Source of the DNA: Mobula hypostoma
Taxonomy: Eukaryota
DNA: 64,000 nt
NCBI RefSeq assembly: GCF_963921235.1
Contig: NC_086108.1
Location: forward strand, 112,780,001 to 112,844,000
Direction: 5' to 3'
Positions 49,686 to 61,704 of this stretch are shown here, piece by piece (the first letter of the stretch is position 1; each line of letters begins with the position of its first letter). Under the pieces are notes generated by a model, which searched no databases, was not told the origin of the DNA, and saw only the letters and a list, made by a program, of their open reading frames with translations. Both the position numbers and the translations under genes were made by a program.

Positions 49686-51225
49686 TGAGGAGAGATATTG
49701 AGCAACGCACACAAAATGCTGGAGGAGCTCAGCAGGCCAGGTGGCAGCTATGGACATGAATAAACTGTTGACGTTTTGAGCCGAGAGCATTCTTCAAGAC
49801 TGGAAAGGAAGGTGGGGGGGGGAACAGATAGTATGGAAAGGTCGGGGGGGGGGGAAGTGGAGCAAGAGCTGGTGGGTGGTCAGTGGATCCAGCTGGGGGG
49901 AGAAGGAAGAGTGGGAATGATGCAAGAAGCTGGGAGGTGATAGGTGGAAGTAAAGGGCTGAAGAAGGTGGAATCTGATAGGACAGTGACCATGGAATAGA
50001 GGAAGGGAAGTGGAGAGGGTAACAGGAGGAAGGAGAGCGACGGGCAGAAAGGGAGGGTGGGGAAGGAGAATGTGAGAGGGGAGGTGGGATAAGAGAAAAA
50101 AGGGGAGTGCTTACTGGGAAGAGAGAAGTAGGTGTTGACGCCATCAGGCAAAATAACCTGGACGTGGCCTCACGGTGTCAGCCGAAAAGGCTGTGGAGAC
50201 ATGTCGGTGTGGGAATGGGAACTGGAATTGAAATGGGCGGCCACCGGGAGATCCCGCCTGGTGTAGTGAATGAAACTCAAGTGCTCAATAAAAATGGTCC
50301 CACAATCTGTGCCAACATAGAGAGGGCAACACAGGGACCACTGCTCCATCTAGGGTACTAGCCTCCATGGTATCCATTATTAAGGACCCCCATCACCCAG
50401 GACATGCCCTCTTCTCATTGTTACCATCAGGAAGGAGGTACAGAAGCCTGAAGACACACCCTCAGTGATTCAGGAACAGCTTCTTTTCCTCTGCCATCGG
50501 ATTTCTGAATGGACAATAAACCCATGAACACGACCTCACTACTTTTTTTAATATTATTTCTGCTTTGCACTATTTTTTAATCTGATTAACATACATATAT
50601 ACTTGCTGTAATTGATTTACTTAATTATTTTTCTTTCTATATTATCATGTATTGCACTGAACTGCTGCTGCTCAGTCAACAAACTTTACGACACATGCCG
50701 GAGATAATAAGCCTAATTCTGATTCTGAAGAATGAGGGAGGATCTCATTCAAACCTGTCGATTATTGAAAGGCTAGAGTGGATGTGGAGAGGATGAAGAG
50801 GGAGTCTAGGAGCAGAGGACACAGCCTCAGAACAGAGGGGTGCCCATGGAGACCAGGAGGAATTTCTTTGGCCAGGGAGTGGTGAATCTGTGGAATTAAT
50901 TTACACAGATGGCTGTGGAGGCCAGATCATTATCTGGAGGCTGATAGATTCATGATCAGTCAAAACATCAAAAATTCTGGGGAGAAGGCAGGAGAATGGG
51001 GTTGAGTCAACTTGAGAGGGATAATAAATCAGCCATGATGGAATGGTGGTACAGACTTAATGTGCTGAATGGCCTAATTCCACCCTTGTGTCTTATGATC
51101 TACGAACCCATTATGGTCTTTGCACAGCTCTCAAAGATTCACATATTTAGATCACCAAACACTGATCCACACACACAGTTCTGATTTCAATAAAGCCTCT
51201 GGTCAATAAGTCTGATATTACTTAC

Positions 51226-51350
51226 TGTCACCAAGTAACCGGTAGTCGGAAGAATTCGCCTTCAACACCACATATAGTGTGGGGTATTCAATGACCGTCT
51301 TCTGTCTCAAGTTCTCTGCAAGTGTTTGACTTGACTCCAGCCTGTGATAC
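51226..51350 (-). CDS. ZNHIT6: ZNHIT6 penultimate coding exon
   Basis: Minus strand tcttttgaag| ... |gtaagt; YHRLESSQTLAENLRQKTVIEYPTLYVVLKANSSDYRLLGD carries the BCD1/ZNHIT6 NLrxKxvIEYPTlxVvL motif; 125 nt, phase 2-1. Confidence 0.92.
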
Positions 51351-51636
51351 CTTCAAAAGAAATAGCATACACTTTCAATCAAGTTCAAGTTCATCAATCA
51401 TCCTTCCCATCCGTCCAGCAATCTCTTTGACACCCCCACCACCGGGCAGGAGGCAGTGCAGCATTAGGGCAAATACCATTAGGATGGGAAACAGCTTCTT
51501 CCCCCCAGGCCATAAGACTACTGAACTCTGTCACCACCCAGGTCTCACCATTTATAAAGTGCTATAAACCTGTGTCGTAAATGCACCTTATTTGTTAGTT
51601 TATTAGTGGTGATATTACTTTGTGTTGTGAGTGAAT

Positions 51637-51845
51637 TATACGTACTGTGTTGTGCACCTTGGTCTGGAGGAACGTAGTTTCGTTTGGGGGTGTACATGTG
51701 TACGGTTGTGGTTTATACGTACTGTGTTGTGTACCTTGGTTTGGAGGAACGTTGTTTCGTTTGGGGGTGTACATGTGTACAGCTGTGGTTTATACGTACT
51801 GTGTTGTGCACCTTGGTCTGGAGGAATGTTGTTTCGTTTGTGGGT
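51637..51845. repeat. 77-bp tandem repeat (about 2.7 copies; a further copy resumes near 55320)
   Basis: TATACGTACTGTGTTGTG recurs at 51637, 51714 and 51791. Confidence 0.85.
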
Positions 51846-52233
51846 ATAAGAACATAAGAAATAGGAGCAGGAGTCGGCCATCTGGCCCATCGAGCCTGCT
51901 CCGCCATTCAATAAGATCATGGCTGATCTGCCATGGACTCATCTCCACCTACCTGCCAAATCCCCACAACCCTTAATTCCCCTACGATGCAAAAATCTAT
52001 GTAACATTGTCTTAAATATATTTACTGAGGTAGCCCCCACCGCTTCATTGGGCAGAGAATTCCACAGATTCACCACTCTAGGAAAAAGCAGTTCCTCCTC
52101 ATCTCCATCCTGAATCTACTCCCTGAATCTTGAGACTATGTCCTCTAGTTTTAGTCTCATTTACCAGTGGAAGCAAGATTCCTGCCTCTATCTTATCTAC
52201 CCCTTTCATAATTTTATATATTTCTACAAGATC

Positions 52234-54854
52234 AGCACGGTCAACACTGGCACACCTCAGGGGTGTGTGCTTAGCCCATTGCTCTACTCTCTCTATACCA
52301 GGGGTCCTCGACCTTTTTTGCACCGTGGACCAGTTTAATATTGACAATGTTCTTGCAGACTGGCCGACCAGGGGTGAGGAGGCTAATTACGACTGGAATA
52401 TAGGTGATAAGTCAACTATAAGTCACTTATCAGTGGCTAATACACTCAATTTCGTTTCTAAAAGGGTTTATCTAACGAATTTAATATTAAAAACACAGCG
52501 CATATTTTCCTCGCATGAATATAGTGATAAATCAATTATAAGTCATAAGGGGGGTCCTTATGTCCAGTCTATTCCGCAATTTAGTTTTCGTTGCATTCAT
52601 TGCAGAAAACTCCGCTTCGCAGAGATATGATGTTGGAAATGGAAGCAACGTTTTCAGTGTTTTTGTGGCTATTTTAAGATTATTCAGCCCTGACTTTGAT
52701 CCAGAATGCCGGCAAGAGATGTTATGTCAAACATACTTTTTAGCCCACCATCATTTGCAAGCTCGAGGAGTTGATCTTCTTCCTGCGGTGACATGGATGA
52801 TTCACCGGGGACATTCACAAATAGGTCACGGACCCATTCCTTTGGACGTCTTGGGTCATTTGCTGTTGCGAAGTAACACTCGGATTCTGTCGACAGTGAA
52901 GATAAGTGATCATGCACCAGCTGTGAGCCTCAGTCTCTCCCAAATTCCCAGCTAATGTTGGGAACATGTCAAATATGCCCCTGTCCGCAGTTCCACTTTG
53001 GCTGTGAAAGCAGACACTTTATCTGCCAACTTGAAGATAGTTGTCATTCTCCCTTGAAGTGACAAATTGAGTTCATTGAGCAGGTTGAAGATGTCACACA
53101 GATAAGTGAGTTTTGCTATCCACTCCTCGTCACTGAAGTGTGCTGCCAGTGGTGACTTTTTTCCTGAAAGAAATCTCTGTAGCTGCTCTCTTAACTCAAA
53201 AACCCTGGCCAGGGCTCTCCCCGCTGATAGCCACCTGACTTCAGTGTGTAAGGGAAGCGTTTGTGCTCTGCATCCATTTCCTCGCAAAGCTGCTTAAACA
53301 AACATGAGTTAAGGGCTTTTGCTTTGATGTGATTGGTAACTTCAACAACGACACTCAATACGCTGTTAAGATCAGGTGACATTTTTCGGCTAGCCAGCAT
53401 TTCCCTGCGTATGGCATTCAGGAGCAACCTCTTTGACCCGGGTAGTGAAACCAGACTCGTTACCGTTCCAGCAGCTGTGCTTCGATGACATAGTGGAGGA
53501 CATCGATTCTCCTTGAAACTTGCTGAGCCATCTTGTTAGCTGCAGCTTCTCCCAACAGTTCACAGCACATGACCTTGGCAGCAGACAGAATCAATTCTTC
53601 ACCAACAGTGAAAGGCTTCTTAGCCTTAGCAATACGGCCAGCCACTAAGTACGACGCTCTCAGAGCAGCAGCATTTGTGGAGGTGGTGACTCTGGTAAAT
53701 CTCCTCTGTACCCCTTCCAATGCTTCCTCATCCTTCCTATAGTGAGGCGACTAGAACTGGACACAGTACTCCAAGTGTGGCCTAACCAGAGTTTTATAGT
53801 TCAAGTTCAACAGTGGGCGTGACAGGGAATGAGGAAAGGTGCAGCTGACTCATATCGTTTCCTCGCGGCCCGGTAGCACATGCTTTGCCACTCAGTGGTT
53901 GGGGACCACTGCTCTATACCCATGTCTGTGTGGCTAGGCACAGCTCAAATACTATCTATAAATTTGCTGATGATACAACCATTGTTGGTAGAATCTCAGA
54001 CGGTGATGAGAGGGCAGTTCAGGAGCGAAATATGCCAACTAATGGTGTTGTAGCAACAACCTGGCACTCAACGTCAGGAAGATGAAAGAGCTGATTGTGG
54101 ACTTCATGGAGGGCAAGACAAAGGAACACATACCAATCCTCATAGAGGGATCAGAAGTGGAGAGAGTGAGCAGCTTCAAGCTCCTGGGTGTCAAGATCTC
54201 TGAGGATCTAACCTAGTGACAATATATTGATGTAGTCATAACGAAGGCAAGACAGCGGCTATACTTTATTAGGAGGTTGAAGAGATTGGGAAAGCAACAA
54301 ATATACTCAAAAACTTCTATAGTTGTACCATCGTGAGCATTCTGACAGACTGCATCACTGTCTGGTATGGAGGGGCTACTGCACAGGACCGAAAGAAGCT
54401 GCAGAGGGTTGTAAATCTAGTCAGCTCCATCTTGGGTACTAGCCTACAAAGTACCCAGGACATCTTTAAGGAGCGGTGTCTCAGAAAGGCAGCATCCATT
54501 ATTAAGAACCTCCAACACCCAGGGCATGTCCTTTTCTCACTGTTACCATCAGGTAGGAGGTACAGAAGCCTGAAGGCACACACACAGCGATTCAGGAACA
54601 GCTTCTTCCCCTCTGCCATCTGATTCCTAAATGGACATTGAACTCGTGAACATTACCTCACTTTTTAAATATATATTATTTCTGTATTTTTCATGATTTT
54701 TAATCTATTCAATACATCTATACTATAATAGATTTACCCATTTATTTATTTGTTATCATTACTATTTTATTTTTTCTTTCTTCTATATTATGTACTGCTG
54801 CTACTAAGTTAACAAATTTCATGATACATGCCAGTGATAATAAACCCAATTCTG
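52234..54854 (+). mobile_element. Rex1/Babar-like LINE (RT to 3' end) interrupted by a hAT transposon
   Basis: STVNTGTPQGCVLSPLLYSLY | THVCVARHSSNTIYKFADDTTIVG ... CITVWYG...HPGHVLFSLLPSGRRYRS; flanked by AAGATC at 52228-52233 and 54855-54860. Confidence 0.88.
52299..53911 (-). mobile_element. hAT DNA transposon, Buster/Charlie family, internally deleted transposase pseudogene
   Basis: 8-bp TSD CTCTATAC (52291-52298, 53912-53919) with central TA; TIRs CAGGGGTCCTCGACC / CAGTGGTCCCCAACC (12/15); ASYLVAGRIAKAKKPFTVGEELI, LHTEVRWLS, YLCDIFNLLNELNLSLQG. Confidence 0.93.
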
Positions 54855-57692
54855 AAGATCTCTGATTCTTCTGAATTCCAGTGAGTACAGTCCCAGGCGA
54901 CTCAATCTCTCCTCATAGTCTAACCCCCTCATCTCTGGAATCAACCTGGTGAACCTCCTCTGCACTGCCTCCAAAGACGGTATATCCCTCCTCAAGTATG
55001 GAGGCCAAACTGCACACAGTACTCCAGGTGTGGCCTCACCAGTACCCTGTACAGTTGCAGCATAACCTCCCTGCTCTTAAATTCAATCCCTCTAGCAATG
55101 AAGGCCAACATTTCATTTCTCTTCTTGATAGCCTGCTGCACCTGCAAACAGACCTTTTGTGATTCGTGCACAAACATTCCCAAGTCCCTCTGCACAGCAT
55201 GCGTGCTGCAATTTTTACCATTTAAATAATAATCTGATCTTCCACTTTTCCTTCCAAAGTGGATGACCTCACATTTACCGACATTGTACTCTATCCGCCA
55301 GACCTTTGCCCACTCACACGGGTACAGCTGTGAGTTATATGTACTGTGCTGTGCACCTTGGTCCGGAGGAACGTTATTTCGTTTGGGGGTGTACTGTACT
55401 AGCATACAGGTGAATGACAATAAACTGAACACCTGAACTTGAAGTTTAATTGTCATTCAACTGTACACATGAATACAGCCAAAAGAAACAGTGTTCCTCG
55501 ACAAACAGTACAACATATACAGTCACACGTTTCACATATAACGATGGCAGAAAAACACTGTTACAATACAATCTATATAAAAAATTATCTCGCCCAAGTC
55601 CCTGAGTATCATGGCCTGTAGATTGAAGGTGTGTGGGATGTTGTCCTGGAGTCATGCTCCCGCAAGAACAAGCACGCAGCAGTTCCTCATCTCACACAAG
55701 TGAAGCCACAGACAAACACAATCCAGCTGTCTTACACTGGCTGCACAACTCGTACCACCACACACCACTGTGGCTCCTCTCCGCTGAGTCCCATTGAGTT
55801 ATAGAGAGACCCCCATCACCCAGGACACATCCTCTTCTAAAACACCAGAAAGTCTGTAGATGCAGGAAATCCAAGCAACACACAAAAAATGCTGGAGGAA
55901 CTCAGCAGGTCAGGCAGCACCTATGGAGGGGAATGGACAGTCGATGTTTACGACGTTTCATGGATGCTGCCTGGCCATGCCCTGTTCTCATTGTTACCGT
56001 CAAGCAGGTGGCACAGGAGCCTGAAGACACACACTTAACATTTCAGGGATAGCTTCTTCCCCTCCGGCATCAGATTTCTAAATGGACATTGAACTCACGA
56101 ACACAACCTCATTACTTTTTTCATTTAACTATTTTATGTGTATGTCGTCCACACTGAGATGGGCAGCGTGGTAGCATAGAGGTTAGTGTGACTCTATTAC
56201 AGCAGTACTGACCCAGGTTCAACTCCTGCCATTCTCTGAATAAAATTAATAGATACTTATTTGATGCTGGACCTATTTGCCTGTGTTTGGTCCATTTCAT
56301 TCTAAACTTTCTCTGTAACTGTCACACTTTATTGTGCATTGTTATTGTTTTTCCTTGTTCTGCCTCAAATCACTGTGTAATGATCTGATCTGTATGAACA
56401 GGACGCAAGACAAGCTTTTCATTGTATCTCGATACATGTGACAATAATAAACCGATTTAGCAATTTCAACATCCACAAATTATAGATCCATACAGCACGA
56501 AAACAGACCCTTCAGCCCAACTCCCCCATGCTGACCAAGGTGCCTCCCTGTGCCCACATCCTGCTGAAGCCTTCCTATCCAAGCGTGTCCCGAGGCCGTC
56601 CATCGGTTGGGATTGACCGTGGATGTTGTGCCCTAACTATCTACGTAGCGTACACAGGCCCGGGCAGGACGATATGGACAGCAAGCTCCCCCTCTCCACA
56701 CAACTGATGAACCCAAAGGAATGGCAGAAGCCGACACAGTTTGGCACTGGCAGCATTGCAGGAACTGCCAGTCAAAGTTGAACTCAACGTAGGGACTCGA
56801 GCTCCGGATTTTTCCCTCAGGGTTTACTCCCCATGAGTGGGCATAGCTGCAAGGCAGTCGAGGTTTGAGATCAGAGTTTTCCTTCTCCGAGATGAGCTGC
56901 CAACCACGGCTGACGAGCCCCATCTGCCCAAAACGACTGGTTTTAAGGCACCATTAACCCTCCTTTTCCCTCTTCTCCTGCCAGTAGAAATGGTTCCAGC
57001 AGGCTTAGTCACATGTGAAGGCCAGGAGCTGGACTTGTTTGTCAGAGGCTGTTTGAGACACACAGCATTGGAAGCATTTAGTAGGTAGTGGGAGCTGATC
57101 CCCACCATCTCCCCCAGCTACGACAACCTTCAGAAACCCCAGGTATCTACTAAATGTACTGATCCAACCACTTGTTCCGACAGCCACCATCTTGTGTGTG
57201 AAAGACCTCCCAGTCAGGTCCCCTTCAAACCTGCCTCCAGTTTTCGACTCCCCTACCCGTGGATGGAAGAGACTGACCAGTCAGCCGACCTTTTCATTTG
57301 GAGATGCAGCACAGTAACAGATCCTTGTGGTCCAACAAGGCTGCACCGCCCAGTTACACCCATGTGACCAAATCACATACCAGCTCCTCTCCTCACCTGG
57401 CTATCACCTCCTCCTGGGTCCTTTCCTCCTTCCCTTTCTCCTATGGTCTACTCTCCCCTCCTATCAGATTCCTTCTTCTCCAATCCTTTATCTTATCCAC
57501 CCATCACCTCCCAGCTTCTTACTTCCTCCCCCTCCCTCCACCCACCTGGCTTCACCAATCACCACCCAGCTTGCCCTCCTTTTTACTCTGGCATCTTCCC
57601 TTCCAGTCCTGATCAAGGACCCTGCCTGAAACGTTGACTGTTTATCCCCCTCCATGGATGCTGCCTGACCTGCTGAGTTCCTCCAGCATTTT

Positions 57693-58367
57693 AGATTATG
57701 AGGACACTCAGTCCTCGTTCATTGTCATTTAGAAATGCATGCATGCATTAAGAAATGAAACAATGTTGCTCCAGAGTGATATCACATAAAAAACAAGACA
57801 AACCAAAGACTGACACTGACAAGACCACATAATTATAACGTATAGTTACAGCAGTGCAAAACAATACCATAATTTGATAAAGAGCAGACCATGGGAATGG
57901 TTAAAAAAAAGTCTCAAAGTTCTGATCGACTCTCGATAGTCCCTGATAGCAGGCGGCAGAAGGGAGAAACTCGCTCTGCCATAAACCTCCAGGTGCCGAC
58001 AACTGTCGATGCAGTGGAAGCACCCGACCACAGCCGACCCTGAGTCCGTCCGAAAACTTCGAGCCTCCGACCAGCCCTTCGACACCGAGCACCATCTCTG
58101 CCCAGCGCTTCAACCCCGTCCTGGCCGCCGAGCAACAAGCAAAGCCGAGGATTCAGGGCCTTCCCCTCCGGAGATTCTGGATCACACAGTAACAGCGGCA
58201 GCGAAAAAGGCATCTCAGAACTTTCTCCAGATGTTCCTCCGTTCTCTCACGTCTGTCTCCATCAGATCAGAATTGTGCACGGCACCCTACTTGACAGATT
58301 ACAGATATCATTCACCGGAGTGGCCGTGAACGCCGTGTCGCGCCGCCATCTTCTCCTCCTCCTCCTC
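57693..58367 (-). mobile_element. Non-coding non-autonomous retroelement (675 bp) inserted in a Penelope terminal remnant
   Basis: Minus 5' end GGAGGAGAAGATGGCGGCG, CpG-rich body, AATCT-type tail; CATTTT at 57687-57692 and 58368-58373. Confidence 0.65.
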
Positions 58368-60644
58368 CATTTTGTGCGTGTTGCTCTGGTTTTTCAGCAC
58401 CTGCAGATTCTCTCGTGTTTATCACCTACTAACCCGTATGCCTCTGGAATTTGGGATGAATCCGGAGCACCCGGAGGAATCCATTGCGGTCACGGGGAGA
58501 ACATACAAACTCATTACAGTCAGTGGTGGGAATTGAACCTGATCTTACAGCTAGCAATGTGAAGTGTTGTGTTGAATGCTCTGCTACCACGGTGCCTTAG
58601 AAGAGGAAAAGTTTAGAGTGGGGGTTGCCAGCCTGGGGACTACAGACCCCTTGCTTAATGGCGTTGGTCCACAGCATAAAAAGAGTTGAGGGTTAGAGGG
58701 ATCTGGGCACAAACATGGGCAAATGAGACCAGCCTGGATGGGAATCATATTCAGCACGGAACACTTGGGCTGAGGGACCTCCTTCTGTGCTCCAGGACTC
58801 TGGCTACCAACTCAAGCAAGGGCTCACAGCTGACAGATATTCCTGGCTCACAGATCACCAGCACAAGGTCACACCCAGGAAACGACTGTCAGCTGCCTCG
58901 CGCTCAGTAGAGTGAGGACAGTGAGGAGCCGATCCTTGCCTTACATCTGCTACTGACATTAGGATCAGTGTGAGCTGCGATTGAGACCAAGTGCCAATGA
59001 CTAATATACAGCATGAGATCACGGTAACAAACAGCAAGACACTTGTCTCATGGAACAAGAACTTCCAGATGAACAGTATCCCTCTGGAATATAAAGGCCC
59101 AGCCAGTTACAGTCAGAGGAATGGTGAGTACACATGGAGCAGAAATGTCAAATACAAGAGGGCAGAACTTTCAGCTGAGAGTTTACAGGAGATTTGGAAC
59201 AAAGAACAGCACAGGAACAGGCCTTTCTGCCCACAATGTTGTGCCAAACCAATTAAACTAGTTTTTAAACAAATCCCCTCTGCCTACACAATGTCTACAT
59301 CCCCCATTTCATAGTCAGAGAGCACAAAAACAGGCCCTTTGGCCTATCTAGTCTGTACTGAACTATTATTCTGCTTAGTCCCATCAACCTGAATTTCCCG
59401 TACATTCATGTGCCTATAGAGTCCTACAGCACAGAAAAAGGCCCTTCAGCCCATCTAGTCTGTGCTGAATTGTTACTCTGCCTGTTCCCATTGACCCACA
59501 CCTCTCGTCGCACTTTTCAAAGACATATGGGTTAGGGTCAGTAAACGGTGGGCATGCCATGTTGGGGCTGGAAGCATGGTGACACTTGCAGGCTGGCCCC
59601 AGCACATCCTCAGACTGTGTCGGTCATGGACACTTTTCACTGTGTTTCACTGTACACGTGACAAAGAATGCTAATCTTGATCATTACCTTTATCAACTGT
59701 CCCCTCCCACCAAAGTTCCACCCCTCACCCACACATGGGGGGCCAATTACTACAGCCACCTTTGGGTTAATGTCTCTGGATGTGGGAGGGAACTAGAGCA
59801 CCCAGGGGAACCCATACGATCATGAGAAGAGCATGCAAATCGTGAGAAGCAGAGGCTCTACCTGATGTGCCAACTTTCCAGCAATTGTATCGGGTCACAG
59901 TGTTTCAAGTCACTTTTGAGGTTTAATTTATTCAAATCTATGTAACTTAGAGAAAAGTTCTTCAAATGGCAATGCCTCGCTAAGGAGCCTCACCATCCAG
60001 CGCATGCCCTCTTCAAACTAGAAAGTACATGTATCTCACCGTATCTGAGATTCATTTTCTTGCAGGCAAATACAAAAAGAAAAATAATAATAATAATAAA
60101 TGACTAAGCAATATATATCAAGAACACGAGATGAAGAGTAGTTGACAGTGTTTGTGGGAGCAGTTCAGTGTCGGGGTGAGTGAAGTGAATGAAGTTATTC
60201 GCTCTGAGTTTGTGTCTGCAGGCTCCTGTACCTCCTCCCTGATGGCAGCATCAGGTTTTTGAACCAAAGTTCCTCTCTGCCGTCAGATTTCTGAACGGTC
60301 CATGAACAAAGCATCACTAATTTGTTTTTTTTTGCACTATTTATGTATTTTTATGCAATTGTTAAATTATGAAATTTTTAAATATACTGCCACACCAAAA
60401 AAAACCGAATTTTACGACACAGCAGATTCTGGGATGGACGAGCAGAGGCTGATTGTGTGGCTCGCTAGTGCCCTCTCCTGGTTCCAGGATTGTAATTGCA
60501 GACAGAATCAGCTCTGAGACAGTGAATGACCAGGACAAAGGAAGCCCTGACCACAAGATGCAAATATATCTGCCTCTGTTTCCAAAGACACCACACAGCT
60601 CTCTGTTTAAACAGGCCACTTAAAATAGTTCACAAATAGGGCCG

Positions 60645-60900
60645 CTCGGCGGCACAGCAGTTAGCACAATGCTATTACAGCACCAGTCACCCGGGTTTCA
60701 CATTCTGCTGCCACGAAGGGTGTGTGTATTCTCCCCGTGACTGCATGGGTTTCATCCCATATTCCAAAGATGTATTGATTAGTAGGTTAGTTGGTCATTG
60801 TAAATTGTTCTGTAATTAGGTGAGGATTAGATAGGTGGGTTACTAGGCAGCTCGGCTCGTTAGACCTGAAGCACCTGACTGTGGTGTATCTCTAAATGAA
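60645..60900 (+). mobile_element. tRNA-derived V-SINE (HE1-like); about a dozen other decayed copies, e.g. near 3090, 4770, 13550, 21480, 21820, 22400, 28290, 33470, 34945, 46490, 47050, 58420
   Basis: GGCGGCAC...TTAGCAC head and the V-domain-like TTTGCAYGTTCTCCCCGTGACYGCRTGGGTTT motif recurring through the window. Confidence 0.7.
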
Positions 60901-61003
60901 ATAACCAATATAAAACACACACGCGACTCTAACTACGAACAGTGACAGAAGATTTCAGCAGAAGTAAAAACCGAGGGTGAGGGAGAGCGGGTTCCTCTGT
61001 TAC

Positions 61004-61084
61004 CTGACGGAGCTGTTCTTCCGGCCCTCCACCTTCAGAAAGACGCGCACTTGGTCAAGAGTTGCCAGGACGTAAACTTTCAAC
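61004..61084 (-). CDS. ZNHIT6: ZNHIT6 (BCD1, box C/D snoRNP assembly factor) third-last coding exon
   Basis: Minus strand ctctctgcag| ... |gtaaca; (R)LKVYVLATLDQVRVFLKVEGRKNSSV(R); 81 nt, phase 2-2; not in the ORF track. Confidence 0.85.
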
Positions 61085-61704
61085 CTGCAGAGAGACACCG
61101 AGTTCATGAGTGGTGAGGGAGGTACGTTAGGTCGCAGGCTTCACACAGGCTCAGCGGTGAACACCAGACACAAAGCCAGAAAGCACTCCAGTACTGAAAC
61201 AGGACAGGAACGTTAAGTTCAAGTTGTGGAAGGTGCTGGTGAGGCCCAAGCTGGAATAAGGACAGTGTGCAGTTCTTGTCACCTACACTGGATATCAATA
61301 AGAGTGCAGAGAAAATTGATAAGGATGGTGCTGGGCCTCGAGGACCCAAGTTATCGGGAAAGGTTGAACAAGTTCGGACTTTATTCCCCGGAGCATAGGA
61401 GAATGAGGGGAGATTTGATAGAGGTATTCAGCTGTGGAAGCCAAGTCACAGAGTACATTTAAAGCGGAGTTGATAGGCGCTTGATGAGTGAGAGCATCAA
61501 AGGTTACGAGCAGAAGGCAGGAGAATGGGGTTGAGAGGGACAATAAATCAGCCATGATGCAATGGTGAAGGAGTCTCGATAGGCCGAGTCGCCCCATTCT
61601 ACTCTTATGTCTTTTGGTTTTAAATGACTTGGCCCCCAGAGCTTCCTGGAACAATTAATTCCTCAGATTCACCATCCTCTGGCTAAAGGGACATCTTGTT
61701 ATCT

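Larger units (their letters stand above)
51846..55315 (-). mobile_element. CR1 3' fragment split in two (51846-52233 and 54855-55315) by a Rex1-like insertion
   Basis: The halves rejoin across a duplicated AAGATC. Confidence 0.8.

Noticed and set aside
52684..53720. Domesticated ZBED5/SCAND3-like host gene
   Set aside because: Frameshifted and deleted, and bounded by TIRs and an 8-bp TSD; a transposon relic
58620..58690. Possible small hAT-derived MITE
   Set aside because: Termini too decayed and no TSD visible
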